Source: Rhynchopus sp. YZ270_cl-10 (taxonomy: Eukaryota). Taken from it: 64,000 nt of DNA. The stretch is taken from the NCBI GenBank assembly GCA_964035575.1, contig OZ037840.1, positions 1,178,001-1,242,000 of the forward strand, given 5' to 3'. Shown here piece after piece: positions 1 through 10,600 of this stretch. The notes under the pieces are model-generated. The model searched no databases. It was not told the DNA's origin and saw nothing but the letters and a program-made list of their open reading frames with translations. Position numbers and translations under genes: made by a program. The number at the start of each line of letters is the position of its first letter. Position 1 is the stretch's first letter.

Positions 1-96
1 TTTTTTTTCGCAAAGGGAAATTTCCCCTTGTACCAGAAAAACCGAAAAAAACGAAATGAAAACCGAAAAAAACCGAAATGTTAGGGTACCTTTTTT

Positions 97-3000
97 CACG
101 GATGCTGCCAGATCTGGCCAGATCTCCAGATCTGGGCCTCCCAGATCTGGCCAGATCTGGAAATTTTTTTTTTTTTTTTGAAAAAAAAAATTTTCCCAGA
201 CGTCCCAGATCTGGCCAGATCTGGCCAAATCTGGGAGATCTGGGACGTCTGGGAAAATTTTTTTTTCCAGGTACCCCAATGACATAACGAAGTATCGCTT
301 GAAGTACCGTTCAATATACGTTGCTCGTGTGTGCAAGTTACGAAGTAGGACACACAAGGTATATCAAACGATAAATCAATCAGATAAACGTTACATCATT
401 GGAAAATTGTTGGCACCGCCCCCTGTCTTCGTATTTATTACGTCGACAGGCCAAACAGCGTTGGGCTCAGAAGAAGCAGTGCAAAACACTGGGGATCAAC
501 ATGAGAACCAACTCCCAACAACACAGGCTACCGAAGTAGCAGGTGGGGTGTTGCGGGTGTTTGGGGTGAAAGAAAATCGATTTTGGTAAGTTACAGCAGA
601 AAATTCTTAAGTTTGCACAATTGAGAAGGGTGTTACCACTGCCTAATATTATTCGTACATGTGAACCGGTAAGGTCGAGAAGGGTGGACACGGCATACAA
701 GTACAAGTACAAGTAAGACGTACCTTCTACAAAGGCTGAATTCGCAATTCTTAAGGGATTGAATTCAGCCCCCACGTGGTGTTTTTGAGAAAATCATTCC
801 ATGGTATACAGCTAATGGTTCCCGAAGAATGATTCGCCCCTCCTCGTTCATGCAAACTTAAGAAAATTCTGAAGTAACTACAACCTGGCGTGCGGGTACA
901 GATGCATTGCTTTGTTCTTTCCTCAAAGTCATGTGTGATCTCTCGGGTCTGTACTAAAGTCAGTAATTCCCTGAGAGCATCGTAGGGTATGGTTTCTTTA
1001 CTCAAACCTCTGAAAAAAAAGCCCGGATTTTTCTTATCAACACAGCGGAGGAGAAAAAAAAAAATGCAAAAAAAAAAAACTAAAAACTCTCTTTTCAAGA
1101 CTGTTCTGGCTTTTTTTTTCATTCATTTTCCGTCCAATAATATACGATACACAACAGCTTCTCCCCATTCACACAGAGGGATAGTTTCGATCTCAAAAAA
1201 AAACTGCAAGGTGGCTTTTCTCTATCGCAAAACCCTCTCCCCCTTATCCCTTTATATCATCCCCAAAAACCCCCAAATTAGAATATCCCACCTAACCGAA
1301 CCGATCGATGTGTGTTTGCAACCTTTTTATTTTTTTTATTTTTCTTTGCTCTCAAACACGTCTGTGGAGCCACAAGGTGCCACCCCATTTGACTCCCTTC
1401 GACACTGGGCAACCTGCGTGGAGGGAATACTCGTCCAGCGAAAAGTCGGGGCGCATATCGTAGAATCGAAGAATTCAGCCCCCACGTGGTGTTTTTGAGA
1501 AAATCATTCCATGGTATACAGCTAATGGTTCCCGAAGAATGATTCGCCCCTCCTCGTTCATGCAAACTTAAGAAAATTCTGAAGTAACTACAACCTGGCG
1601 TGCGGGTACAGATGCATTGCTTTGTTCTTTCCTCAAAGTCATGTGTGATCTCTCGGGTCTGTACTAAAGTCAGTGTTTAGATAAGCATCCACTTGACTCG
1701 TTCTAACAACCGTTGAAATCTAGAACAAAACAATACACTGCCCCTTCTCACACCAAGCCGCCATGCTTCAAGAGCATGCCCTGGGCAAAAATTACTCTGA
1801 CAAAAATTGGTTTTCTGGGGGAACGCAATATTTTCTTGTGCCTAGTCCTCCGCAAGAGCAGAGGACAGACTTTCCGGATCCCGAAGTCGAATTTCTTGCA
1901 CTAGCTATGCTCCCTGGATTAAATGGCTATAGCAGTGACTGACTAAGAGTTTCATAATAATTAGGGTGGTCTATGGGGGTGGGTTAATGGAAAAGTTGGT
2001 ATATAAACCCGACTTTTACGATCGCCACCTGGTTTTCAAATAATTGCACCAGCTCTTCCGTCGGCACTGCTTCGCTGTCACGATGAAGGGTCGTCGGTTC
2101 GGGTACCTGTTAAGAGAAATTGAATGTAAAAGTAGAGACTACAACAAAAAAACAAACAAACAAACAAGAAGCCGCCCCGTACCCCTTAAACGTAAAAGTG
2201 ACATTTTTGTTGACAAAAAAAAAATAGCTAAAAAATAGCGGACATGTCGAAAAGGGAGAAAACCGGGGGGTTAAAAACATACCTTGCACTCGGCCCACTC
2301 TCCAGGTACAAAGAACATCACTGCACGACAAACCCACTACTACGATAGAAAATAACTATTTTTTACCGAACAGAAAGGTCGTTTTATTGATGAGTGTTTT
2401 CTGAGTGCACACTCAGTGGGGACAAAATGCAACACTTACCGAAAAAATTCTCCAATCGGACAAAAACCTTTCTAAACACCCAAAAAAAACACCTCAGTCC
2501 ACATCCGCTGGGGTCGCGAGATGGAAATATATGGTTTTACAGCTTTTGGGGGGTCTAGCGTGGGTCCCAGATGCATTTTGCAACGGGTCTGTGTGTGCCT
2601 CAACCGCTTCACAGTACCCTTTTTTGTAACTGAAAACGACGCATCCTGTACCTAAGTGCACTGAAGCCTTGCTTGCGTCCTCCTTCGTGGTTTTGGGCGT
2701 TCGCATGCGAGAATCATTATCGCATTCGCACATGTAATTCTCGCATCACGGAGAGGATTTTAGCGTTACGTGACCACAAAAAAAGTGCACAAAATTAGTT
2801 TGGTCAAAAATCACCTTGCACTTGTGAAGGCATTGCTAAGGAAATGTGAAATATGCGTGTTTTGGTACACAAAAGTGCGTTTTGGGTGGTTCTGAAGGGT
2901 CAAAACACCAAAAAAATGCGTTTTTTTGCATTTTTGGTCACCCAAGGACCCACTATTTTGGTTGATATTTTTTTTTTCCCTTTGCGAAAAAGTACCCAAA

Positions 3001-3754
3001 AAGCACGGCTATAAAAACGCTAAGGAAAAATCGATATTCATTTTTTGGGCAGAGAAGTGCGTTTTAGGTGCCCACAGATGGTCAAAACATCAAAAATTTT
3101 GTGTTTTTGGCATCTTTGGACACCCAAGGACCCACTATCAGGGGTGAATTTTTTTTGCCTGAGATTTGCCTTTGCCAAAAATCGAAAAAAAAAATTATGA
3201 AGGAAATTGCTAAGAAAAAGTCGAAATTGTGGGCCCCTGTAGTGCATATGGCGGTATCGTCAAAACACCCGACTCTTGCGTTTTTTTGCACTTTTTGGTG
3301 CACAAAAACCCTACTCAGGGGTCAAAATTTTCCCGGGAAAAAAAATTTTTTTTTCGAGATTTTTCAAAAATCGACTTGTCTTTGGTAAAAACCACGAAAT
3401 TTCGGGTGCGCGAAACCACGTTTTAGACCCCCACAGATGCTCAAAAGTGTCAAATTTTGCTTTTAACGGCCTCAAATCGTCGAAATTAGCCCAAAATAGG
3501 GGCGAAAAAAAAAATTCGAGAGTCCCTTTCCCTGGGAGACAATAGCCAGAAATCTGAGAAAAAAAAAAAAATGGCCAGATTTCCAGATCTGGCCAGATCT
3601 GGGGTTTTTTTTTTTTTTTTGAAAAAAAAAATTTCCCAGATTCCCAGATCTGGCCAGATCTGGCCAGATCTGGAAACAAGATCTCCACATCTGGAAAACG
3701 AGCCAGATCTGGGAAATTGGCCCCCAAATCTGGCCAGATCTGGCAGCATCCGTG
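97..3754. mobile_element. Non-autonomous TIR DNA transposon, family A, copy 1
   Basis: Termini CACGGATGCTGCCAGATCTGGCCAGAT (97) and ATCTGGCCAGATCTGGCAGCATCCGTG (ends 3754). Dense subterminal palindromic CCAGATCTGG repeats. TTTTTT on both flanks. Near-identical inverted copy at 33071-36020. No long ORF. Confidence 0.85.
761..1674 (+). repeat. 204-bp direct repeat (761-964 and 1471-1674) flanking a 506-bp spacer inside element A copy 1
   Basis: GAATTCAGCCCCCACGTGG...CTAAAGTCAGT occurs twice. Copy 2 of A has a single unit and no spacer. Confidence 0.9.
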
Positions 3755-4553
3755 TTTTTTGGTCGATTTCGTTTTTTTTCCAAAGGGGGGACCCTTTGGT
3801 CGCCGAAATTCCCCAGCCAAATTTGGTCGCAAAATCGGCCGATTTTTCAAAAATCTCAAAAAAAAAAAAAAAAAAAAATTTTTTTTTTTTTTTCACAAGT
3901 GTTTTTGAGGCCTGCTCACTACACCCTAGGTACCCTTCTGAGACCAAAAAGTCAAAAAAAGCATGAATTGGGCTGTTTTGAGCATCTAGAGTTTATTCCC
4001 CAGCCATTTTCTGTACCACCAGTGCACTTTGTATTTTTTTTTTTTTTTTTTTTTGGTGTTGTTCAACTTAGCCCAAGGCTCGACTTTTTTTTTTCCACAT
4101 CAAACTGGACAGGGCGAGGGGGGTACGTTTACTATGCACATGAAAAGCACTTGGTCCGAGCGAAGCGAGGGCCAGATGTCTTACAATCTGTACAGTGCCG
4201 GTTAGTTAGAACGAGGCACAAAAGTGAACAAAACTAGAGATGGATTGTTATTGTCATCAGCACAGTCAGCACCATTGACAATTGAGGAAAAATGGAGTAT
4301 TAACATGGGAGAGGCAGGGGAGAAGACAGACTGTCCAGTCAGTGTGGTTTTACTTAGCGTTCCAGTTTGGTACCCAGCTGGTTCTGGAGGGGGGGGGGGA
4401 TGTTTTCTTTTTACAATACGAAGTTCCGTTCTTGTCACAACAAGCGTCCTTTTTGTTCTTTTTGTCCTTGTAGTCTTTTTTGATAGGGTAATTAACGCCA
4501 TTAGCGGTCACTCATGGAACTCGTATGGGAGGGGCTGGGGGGGGGGGGGGAGG

Positions 4554-5395
4554 TAAGAATACCCCTTGTCCTTTTTCGTCCTCTACGTCTTTTTCGTCTT
4601 TTTCGTCCTTTTTCGATCCGGGAAAAAGGACGAAAAAGGACAAAAAAGGACGGTGGTGTAAGGTGTACAGGAAAATCACCAGGAAAATCACCGGTTCACC
4701 CGAAAAAAAAAAATCCCCCCAAATAATATTTTCTTGGGAAAAAGTCGAATCCCTTGTATTAGGCGAAATGTTTTGAAAACATGCCACCTATCCACAACCA
4801 GCTTCCCGCTCTCCAGAAGTGCGGGGATCTCAGTTTTTGGGAGAGGTTCCCGTTTGTGCAGAAGTGCTCTACGACAGAAGACATCAGGTACATGGAACAA
4901 GACTCCGCGAGGATTGTCCACATTCTTCCAATGTTCTGGGCTTTGAAACAGGTGTTCAATACCTGACCTGCACCTGAAGGGGAAGTTGCTGGGCACAAAA
5001 AATGCAAGAAGTCCGGAGATGAACGAGAGAAGTACAACCTGGAAACCGGCCGCTGTGTTCTTGCCACCATCTTGTCCCCTACCTGCTACACCCTGATAAA
5101 TAAGGCAAGGTCCCTCGTGGGGTTTTGGAAAGTGCCTTGAGGCTTTCAATCCAAAGACGCTCATGGATCAGGCAGAAAAAGCAGTGGAGTGTTTTATTAC
5201 TTTTTGTAAACTTAAAAACGCAGGTGTCAACTATCAGTGGGTTGTGAGACGATTCTTTGTACCAGGAACGTGAGGAGTAACTTAGTCACTGTACATTATT
5301 ACCAATGTCCCTTTTCGTCCTTTTTCGTCCTTTTTTGTCCTTTTTCGTCCTTTTTCGTCCTTTTTGAAAAATCGTAGAGGACAGGGGGGTTCTTA
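4554..5395 (+). mobile_element. Internally deleted non-autonomous hAT, derivative of the element at 40215-42853
   Basis: TIRs TAAGAATACCCCTTGTCC and GGACAGGGGGGTTCTTA. Perfect 8-bp TSD GGGGGAGG (4546-4553 and 5396-5403). TTTTCGTCC subterminal repeats are shared with element D. Confidence 0.92.
4779..5190 (+). pseudogene. hAT transposase fragment, disrupted
   Basis: IHNQLPALQKCGDLSFWERFPFVQK...IRYMEQDSARIVHILPMFWALKQVFNT matches the D transposase (IHNQMPALQKFGDLAFWEKF...IRYMEQDSARIGHILPMFWALKQVFNA), with stops and indels. Confidence 0.88.
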
Positions 5396-5647
5396 GGGGG
5401 AGGGAGGGAGGGGAAAGGGAATTCACAGATTACCAAACACATCATCTTACTCACGAGTCCTTGCGTCACTCACGGCCATTCTGAGCGAGGACTAGATGCA
5501 GTTCAGCAAAAATCTAGACAAACAGGTCTCTAAAGAAGAGGGGTGGGGGAAAAGAAAAGGGAAGAAACGAGTGTTGCTACACACAAAAGAAAAGGTGGGG
5601 GGGGGGGGGGGGGTCTAAAAACGAATCTAATGCTGGCCGCTTTCCTC

Positions 5648-6130
5648 CTAAGCAGCCATCCTACGGAGCAGCTCCTTGGCGTTCCGGAACCGCTCCGTCT
5701 CTCTCTTCTCCCGTCTCCCGTCACCGCTCACCTGCCTCTCCTCCCACCACTCCTGCAGGTCCTGCAGCGCTCTCTCCGGACTCAGGGGGGTGCTGCCCTG
5801 CTTCTGCCCACGCTCGGGGTAGAAGTGCCTCCGCCACTCATCTACACTGGCGGGCACAGTCTCTCCATACCTCGCACAGGAAGCTACCTCCACAGGGGCG
5901 TCAGATCCTGCTGGGTGGGCGGTGGGTGCTCGCCTTTTGGCCGCAGCCTTCTCTGCGCGTTTTTCGGCGACGCGCTGCTCCGCCTGTTCCCTCCTCTTCC
6001 TGGCGGATGCTTCCTTCCATGCACCCTTTTTGGCCGACCCCTCCTTTAATTCGCACAGGATAGCTGATGGCTTTTGTTGTTGAAAGCTGGTCCTCATTGC
6101 GGTCATTGTCGGTGCGGCGTTCTCGGTCAT
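5648..6130 (-). CDS. Possible small charged protein downstream of the retrotransposon ORF
   Basis: Open frame 6214-5648 with first ATG at 6130. GC-rich, coding-like composition and a K/R/E-rich helical segment. No recognisable domain. Confidence 0.3.
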   Translation of the reverse strand: MTENAAPTMTAMRTSFQQQKPSAILCELKEGSAKKGAWKEASARKRREQAEQRVAEKRAEKAAAKRRAPTAHPAGSDAPVEVASCARYGETVPASVDEWRRHFYPERGQKQGSTPLSPERALQDLQEWWEERQVSGDGRREKRETERFRNAKELLRRMAA

Positions 6131-7616
6131 GTTAGTGTCGTGGTTGGTGTCGGCAACGTCGTCGTCGTTGTTGTCAGTGTTGGTGTCGTTGTTGGTGTCG
6201 TTGTTGTTGTTCACTTGTCCCCTTTGCCCTCCTCCCCTGAAGAAGAAGTGGGGAGGCGCAGGTCAGGCTGAGGACCTTTCCGCTGCTAGCCGTCCTACAC
6301 CCTTTTTACACATACCTGGGGTGTTTCCGACCAGCAGCCCCTCGGTCTCCTGGTTGTGTCCTTTTCAGACACGCCCTTCCACCGAGAGCACAGCTCACTA
6401 CCACCCGTTGGCTTCTTCCGTATCACAGAAACTTCCGAAGTCCGCGGGGTGTGTAACTCACTGTGGCCCGACTGTACATTGAGCCCTCTGCTTGAGAGGA
6501 CCGGCTGGTGACCCAGTCTGTAGCGATCCCATGCGTCCCAGTTTGTGGTTTCACGCACTGGTGGGACACAGCCAGCTCGCGCTGACCACTCCAGTCGCCC
6601 GGAGGTGGAACCGACGGTCTGAACCGCATGAATCTGCCGACCCAATGCGATCTTTGACCGTTAGCCAGCCGATTACTCGACCTGACCTCTGCTCGGCAAG
6701 TTGGTCACGCCTGTCTGCAGGGGAGTGACTCCCCACAAGTATGCATCCGACACAACTCCCTAACAGATTCACCAGCCTAGCCTGTTCACATCCCAACCGT
6801 CGCGGTTATGTCACCACTCACTAGTGTCGGAGTCTGTTACATGTGAGCCACAACATCGAACGAGTGCTGCTCACAAAGGCACCACCGCAGCAAATAGCGG
6901 TGCAGTTGCTTGCAGTCGTCGAGTGTGCTCACCATGTGGGTAGTCCCTGACTACACCGGCCTCTCTCTCCCTAGAGGCCGTTGCAACGGTCACCCAGACT
7001 CCAACGCGGACAGGAGTGGCTACAGAAGTCTTTGATGGGGGCTTTTACATGGGAGGCACACCCTGACCTGGACGGACCAGTTCTGTGGCTGTGGATCACC
7101 CCTGTGGATTCAAACAGTGGACGCACCCGGTGCGTCACTGCAGACACCCAGCCAAGGTCCAGGGAGGACGACATCTCCTGAGCGTACCGACAGCATCCGT
7201 GAAGTCCCGAAGGCCAACGCAGCCGCTGCAGACGTTCGGAAGAAGCGCCTCACCCATCGTAGATAGCCCTGACAGCAGCCACAAGCGTGCAGTAAAAACC
7301 ACACAATGCAGATACAGCAGTCACCCAGTGAGATGGTCCAGGTCCCCGTCAGCAAGCCGCCATTGGCAACTACCAAACACCAACCTCTCAGCCACCCCTG
7401 TGTGTCCTTTGCTAGTGTGTGTTGACATACCTGGAATTCCGGATGCTAGGTGAGGACTGTCGTCCCCGTACCACGCACCACCCACTGTCTCCGTGGAGCA
7501 GCCCGGGTGATGCGCCGACTAGGAGGTTACACGCCAGACGTTGTCTCGTCTGCTGGTCAACGGGGCAACAAACCCACCAGGGTCCCCTCTCGGGAACGCA
7601 CGCCTCCTGTTAGCAG

Positions 7617-10600
7617 CTACCCGTCGGGGGGCCTAATCCCCTGGGAGCTGTTGTTGTTGTTGTTGCTGTTGCTGTTGCTGTTGCTGCGCCTTTCCATCTC
7701 CATGCGGCTGGACTCGAAGGCCTCATCCAACTCCTCTTCCTTAATCTCTACCTCGGCCAGTGGGGGTGCTGGGTTGCTGTTGTTGTAAAAGCTACCTCCC
7801 TGGCTGGTGGTCGATGTAGAAGGAGTGGTGGTGGCTCTGCGCCTGCGTGCTGCACATTTAGCGCCCTCCCCTGCGCAGGCCTCATTAGTACACCACTTGA
7901 GTGGGCACGCCGAACAGAACCAATGTGCAATGCTGTCCTCGAATACCGCAGCGCAGCCCTCGCACGTCACCATCTCTCCGTCTCTATCCTGCCTGTCACC
8001 CATGTACGACAGCGTTCCGGTGTTCATGCACTGCATCTCCACAGGGGGGATTTGTGGCTCCATCTTCATCATCATCCCCCTCGCCACTGCACCTACCACT
8101 AGAGGGGAGTAGTGCCCGGCGCCCACCGGTCCTTCGTGTAGCAGGGCTATCGCACCTCGTGGGGCTGCCGCCGGTCTCAGGAATGTCGTCTTGCTGTCCG
8201 CCCGCACCACCGCCACAACTATCTGTAATGCACGGGAGAGACCAGCCAACGCCGTCACGTCCGCCCACGAACGAGTGTCCGGACTCCCCTCCACGCTCAT
8301 CCAGCGCACCCACGACCCGAAAGTCGGTTCCGCCGAGTTCGCCAGGTCCCTGTCCTGCTTGACCCTCGTCACTGCAAGCTTCCGCAGGTCCCCAGAGGAG
8401 ATGTCCCTCCACTCCCGTAGCAGCCACCTGACTGCATCAAAGGCGCAGTCCCCGACAGTGAACGGCACTGTTACCGTTGGGACTGTCATCCCGAGGGTGT
8501 TCCAAAGTTCTTCGTGGAACGTCTGTGGTCGAGTTGCGCTCCCATCCGCCGGGTTAGGGCAAGGTGGAGGGTCAGGGTGCTCCGCAGGCTCTTCGGGGTT
8601 CAGTGCGGACACGTCGATATCGAATAGACCGTCGTCTGGTGCATAATCTATGGGAGGCAGGTGGTCGGGAGGAAGTCGGAAGTGTTCGTCCTCACCTGGC
8701 AACGGCGCGACGTCCACCTCTATCCTCTCCCTGAGCGCGCCTGCTGTGTCCCCGCGCAGACACCCTCTGTCCATCGCTGACTTGCCAATCATCCGCTGCA
8801 GCGTAGTGCCCATCCCCCACGCCCAACGACGCGACATCTCCTGCTTGCTGCCCAGCTTCCTGTCGGCTGCGAAGCGTAGCATTTGCGTCCAGATTGTGGA
8901 TGCCGCAGGCCCGAACCCTCCCGTCGTCTCCAACGCGAATGGAGTGAAGGTGATCCGTGCAGCAATGCAGGCGGCCTGGTGCTTCCCCCTCTTCGCCGCC
9001 TCCGCCTTCGTTGCCGTGTACCCCTTGGCCACCGCAGCACCCTGCACCATCGACTTGCACGTCGGGGTCCACACTGTCACGTCAATGGCCCGCCCCCGCG
9101 ACTCGCCCACCCCCGTGGACAGGAAGAGGTCTGCTGGCTTCTTGTTCCCCAGTACCAGGTGTTGGGGTTCGAGAGTGGGGCCTAGACCTGCTTCGTTCGC
9201 AACGGAGTAGACGAAGTCGCGTACTGCGTTGTGCCTCAGAATGCGGTGTCCTCCCATCTTGCAGGCGAAAATGTGGTCGCCTCTCGCGTCCATGGCCTGC
9301 CCACACTGCCTGCACTGGACCCCGTCTGCGAAGAGAGGTAGGTGCATGCGGATCCTGCAGACCGCCTGGAACTGCTCCGGGGGGATGTGGTGTTCCCACG
9401 TTGGGGGCGCCATGAGCCACGCGCCTGCATGCGGAAGGGAGAGGGAGTTCATCCGTGCCCGATCAGCCGCATCACCCTCCAGGTACAGTCGCCGCAGCTG
9501 TTCTTCGAGGATTCCTGCCGATAGCTCCCTTTGTCGCACAGGGGTGGCTGGTCTCACCAGAGGGTCTACTTTGTCTGCTTCTGCTACATGTCGGTTGTGC
9601 TCCGTCGCAGTCTCTTTCCACCCTTCCGCATCCCATTGGAACTCCGGGTCTAGCACCTTACACAACTCATGTAGCCCGCTCCGCGACCCCATCGCCGCGG
9701 CCGTCCAGTGGTCACGGATGCGACGGACTCCCATGCCTCCAGCTCTGCAGGGAAGTGCTGCCTGACGACGTGCCATCTCTGGGAGAAGCCCTTCCGTGTC
9801 ACCCATCAACGAGGCGAGCGCAGCGTCGACCTCCTTGTCGTACTCCTTGAGGTACTGATGAGTACACGCATGTCCGATAGCACGCATGTAAAACACCATC
9901 CTCGCGAAGCCTTCACACTGGCGAAGAAGCGTCAACCCGACCTGTACGTCCTTGAGGTCCTTGAGGAGGCGGAGCTGCTCAGCGAACTCCTTCACCTGCT
10001 TGTCCATGTAGGACTCGCAAAACTCGTCGTCACCGATAGGCGCCCCCAAGAACGCGAACCCACCGTACTGCACCTTCATGGCCTTGCCCTCACATGCTGC
10101 GCACGCACCGTCGTCCGGGTATCCATGGGCACACACTGGCAAGCCCGCCTGTGCTAGGTCACGTGGCGTCTGCTGTCCTAGCGCAATCACCTCGCATTTC
10201 GCCAGCTTCACCCGCAGACCCATCGCCAGGCTCCGCTCCTGCACCAGCTTCAACGCCCGTCCCACTGCTTCGGGTGGGCCCATGATGGTCCCGTCGTCCA
10301 GGTACCACAAGCTGGCATCAATCCCCGGCATCGCCTTCACCTCCTCCGTCAGTTCCTTGATCCCTAGGGAGAAAAGAAGCGGTCCTGCCGGGTCACCCTG
10401 CTGTGCCCCTCGTTGCGACTGGATGAGGTCGTCGCCGTGCAGGAGGGAAGTCGGCCTGCCGTAACACCACTCGATCCATGGGGAGATGGTGGGGAGGTAC
10501 TTTCGAGTAGCCGCGAGGAAGGTGGACCGGTGGATGCTGTTGAAAGCGTTTTCATAGTCCACGAGGACTATCACCTTGTTCTTCCCTAGGTTGCGTTTCA

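Noticed and set aside
97..270. CRISPR-like array from the CCAGATCTGG repeats
   Set aside because: No unique spacers of constant length and no cas genes. These are transposon subterminal repeats.
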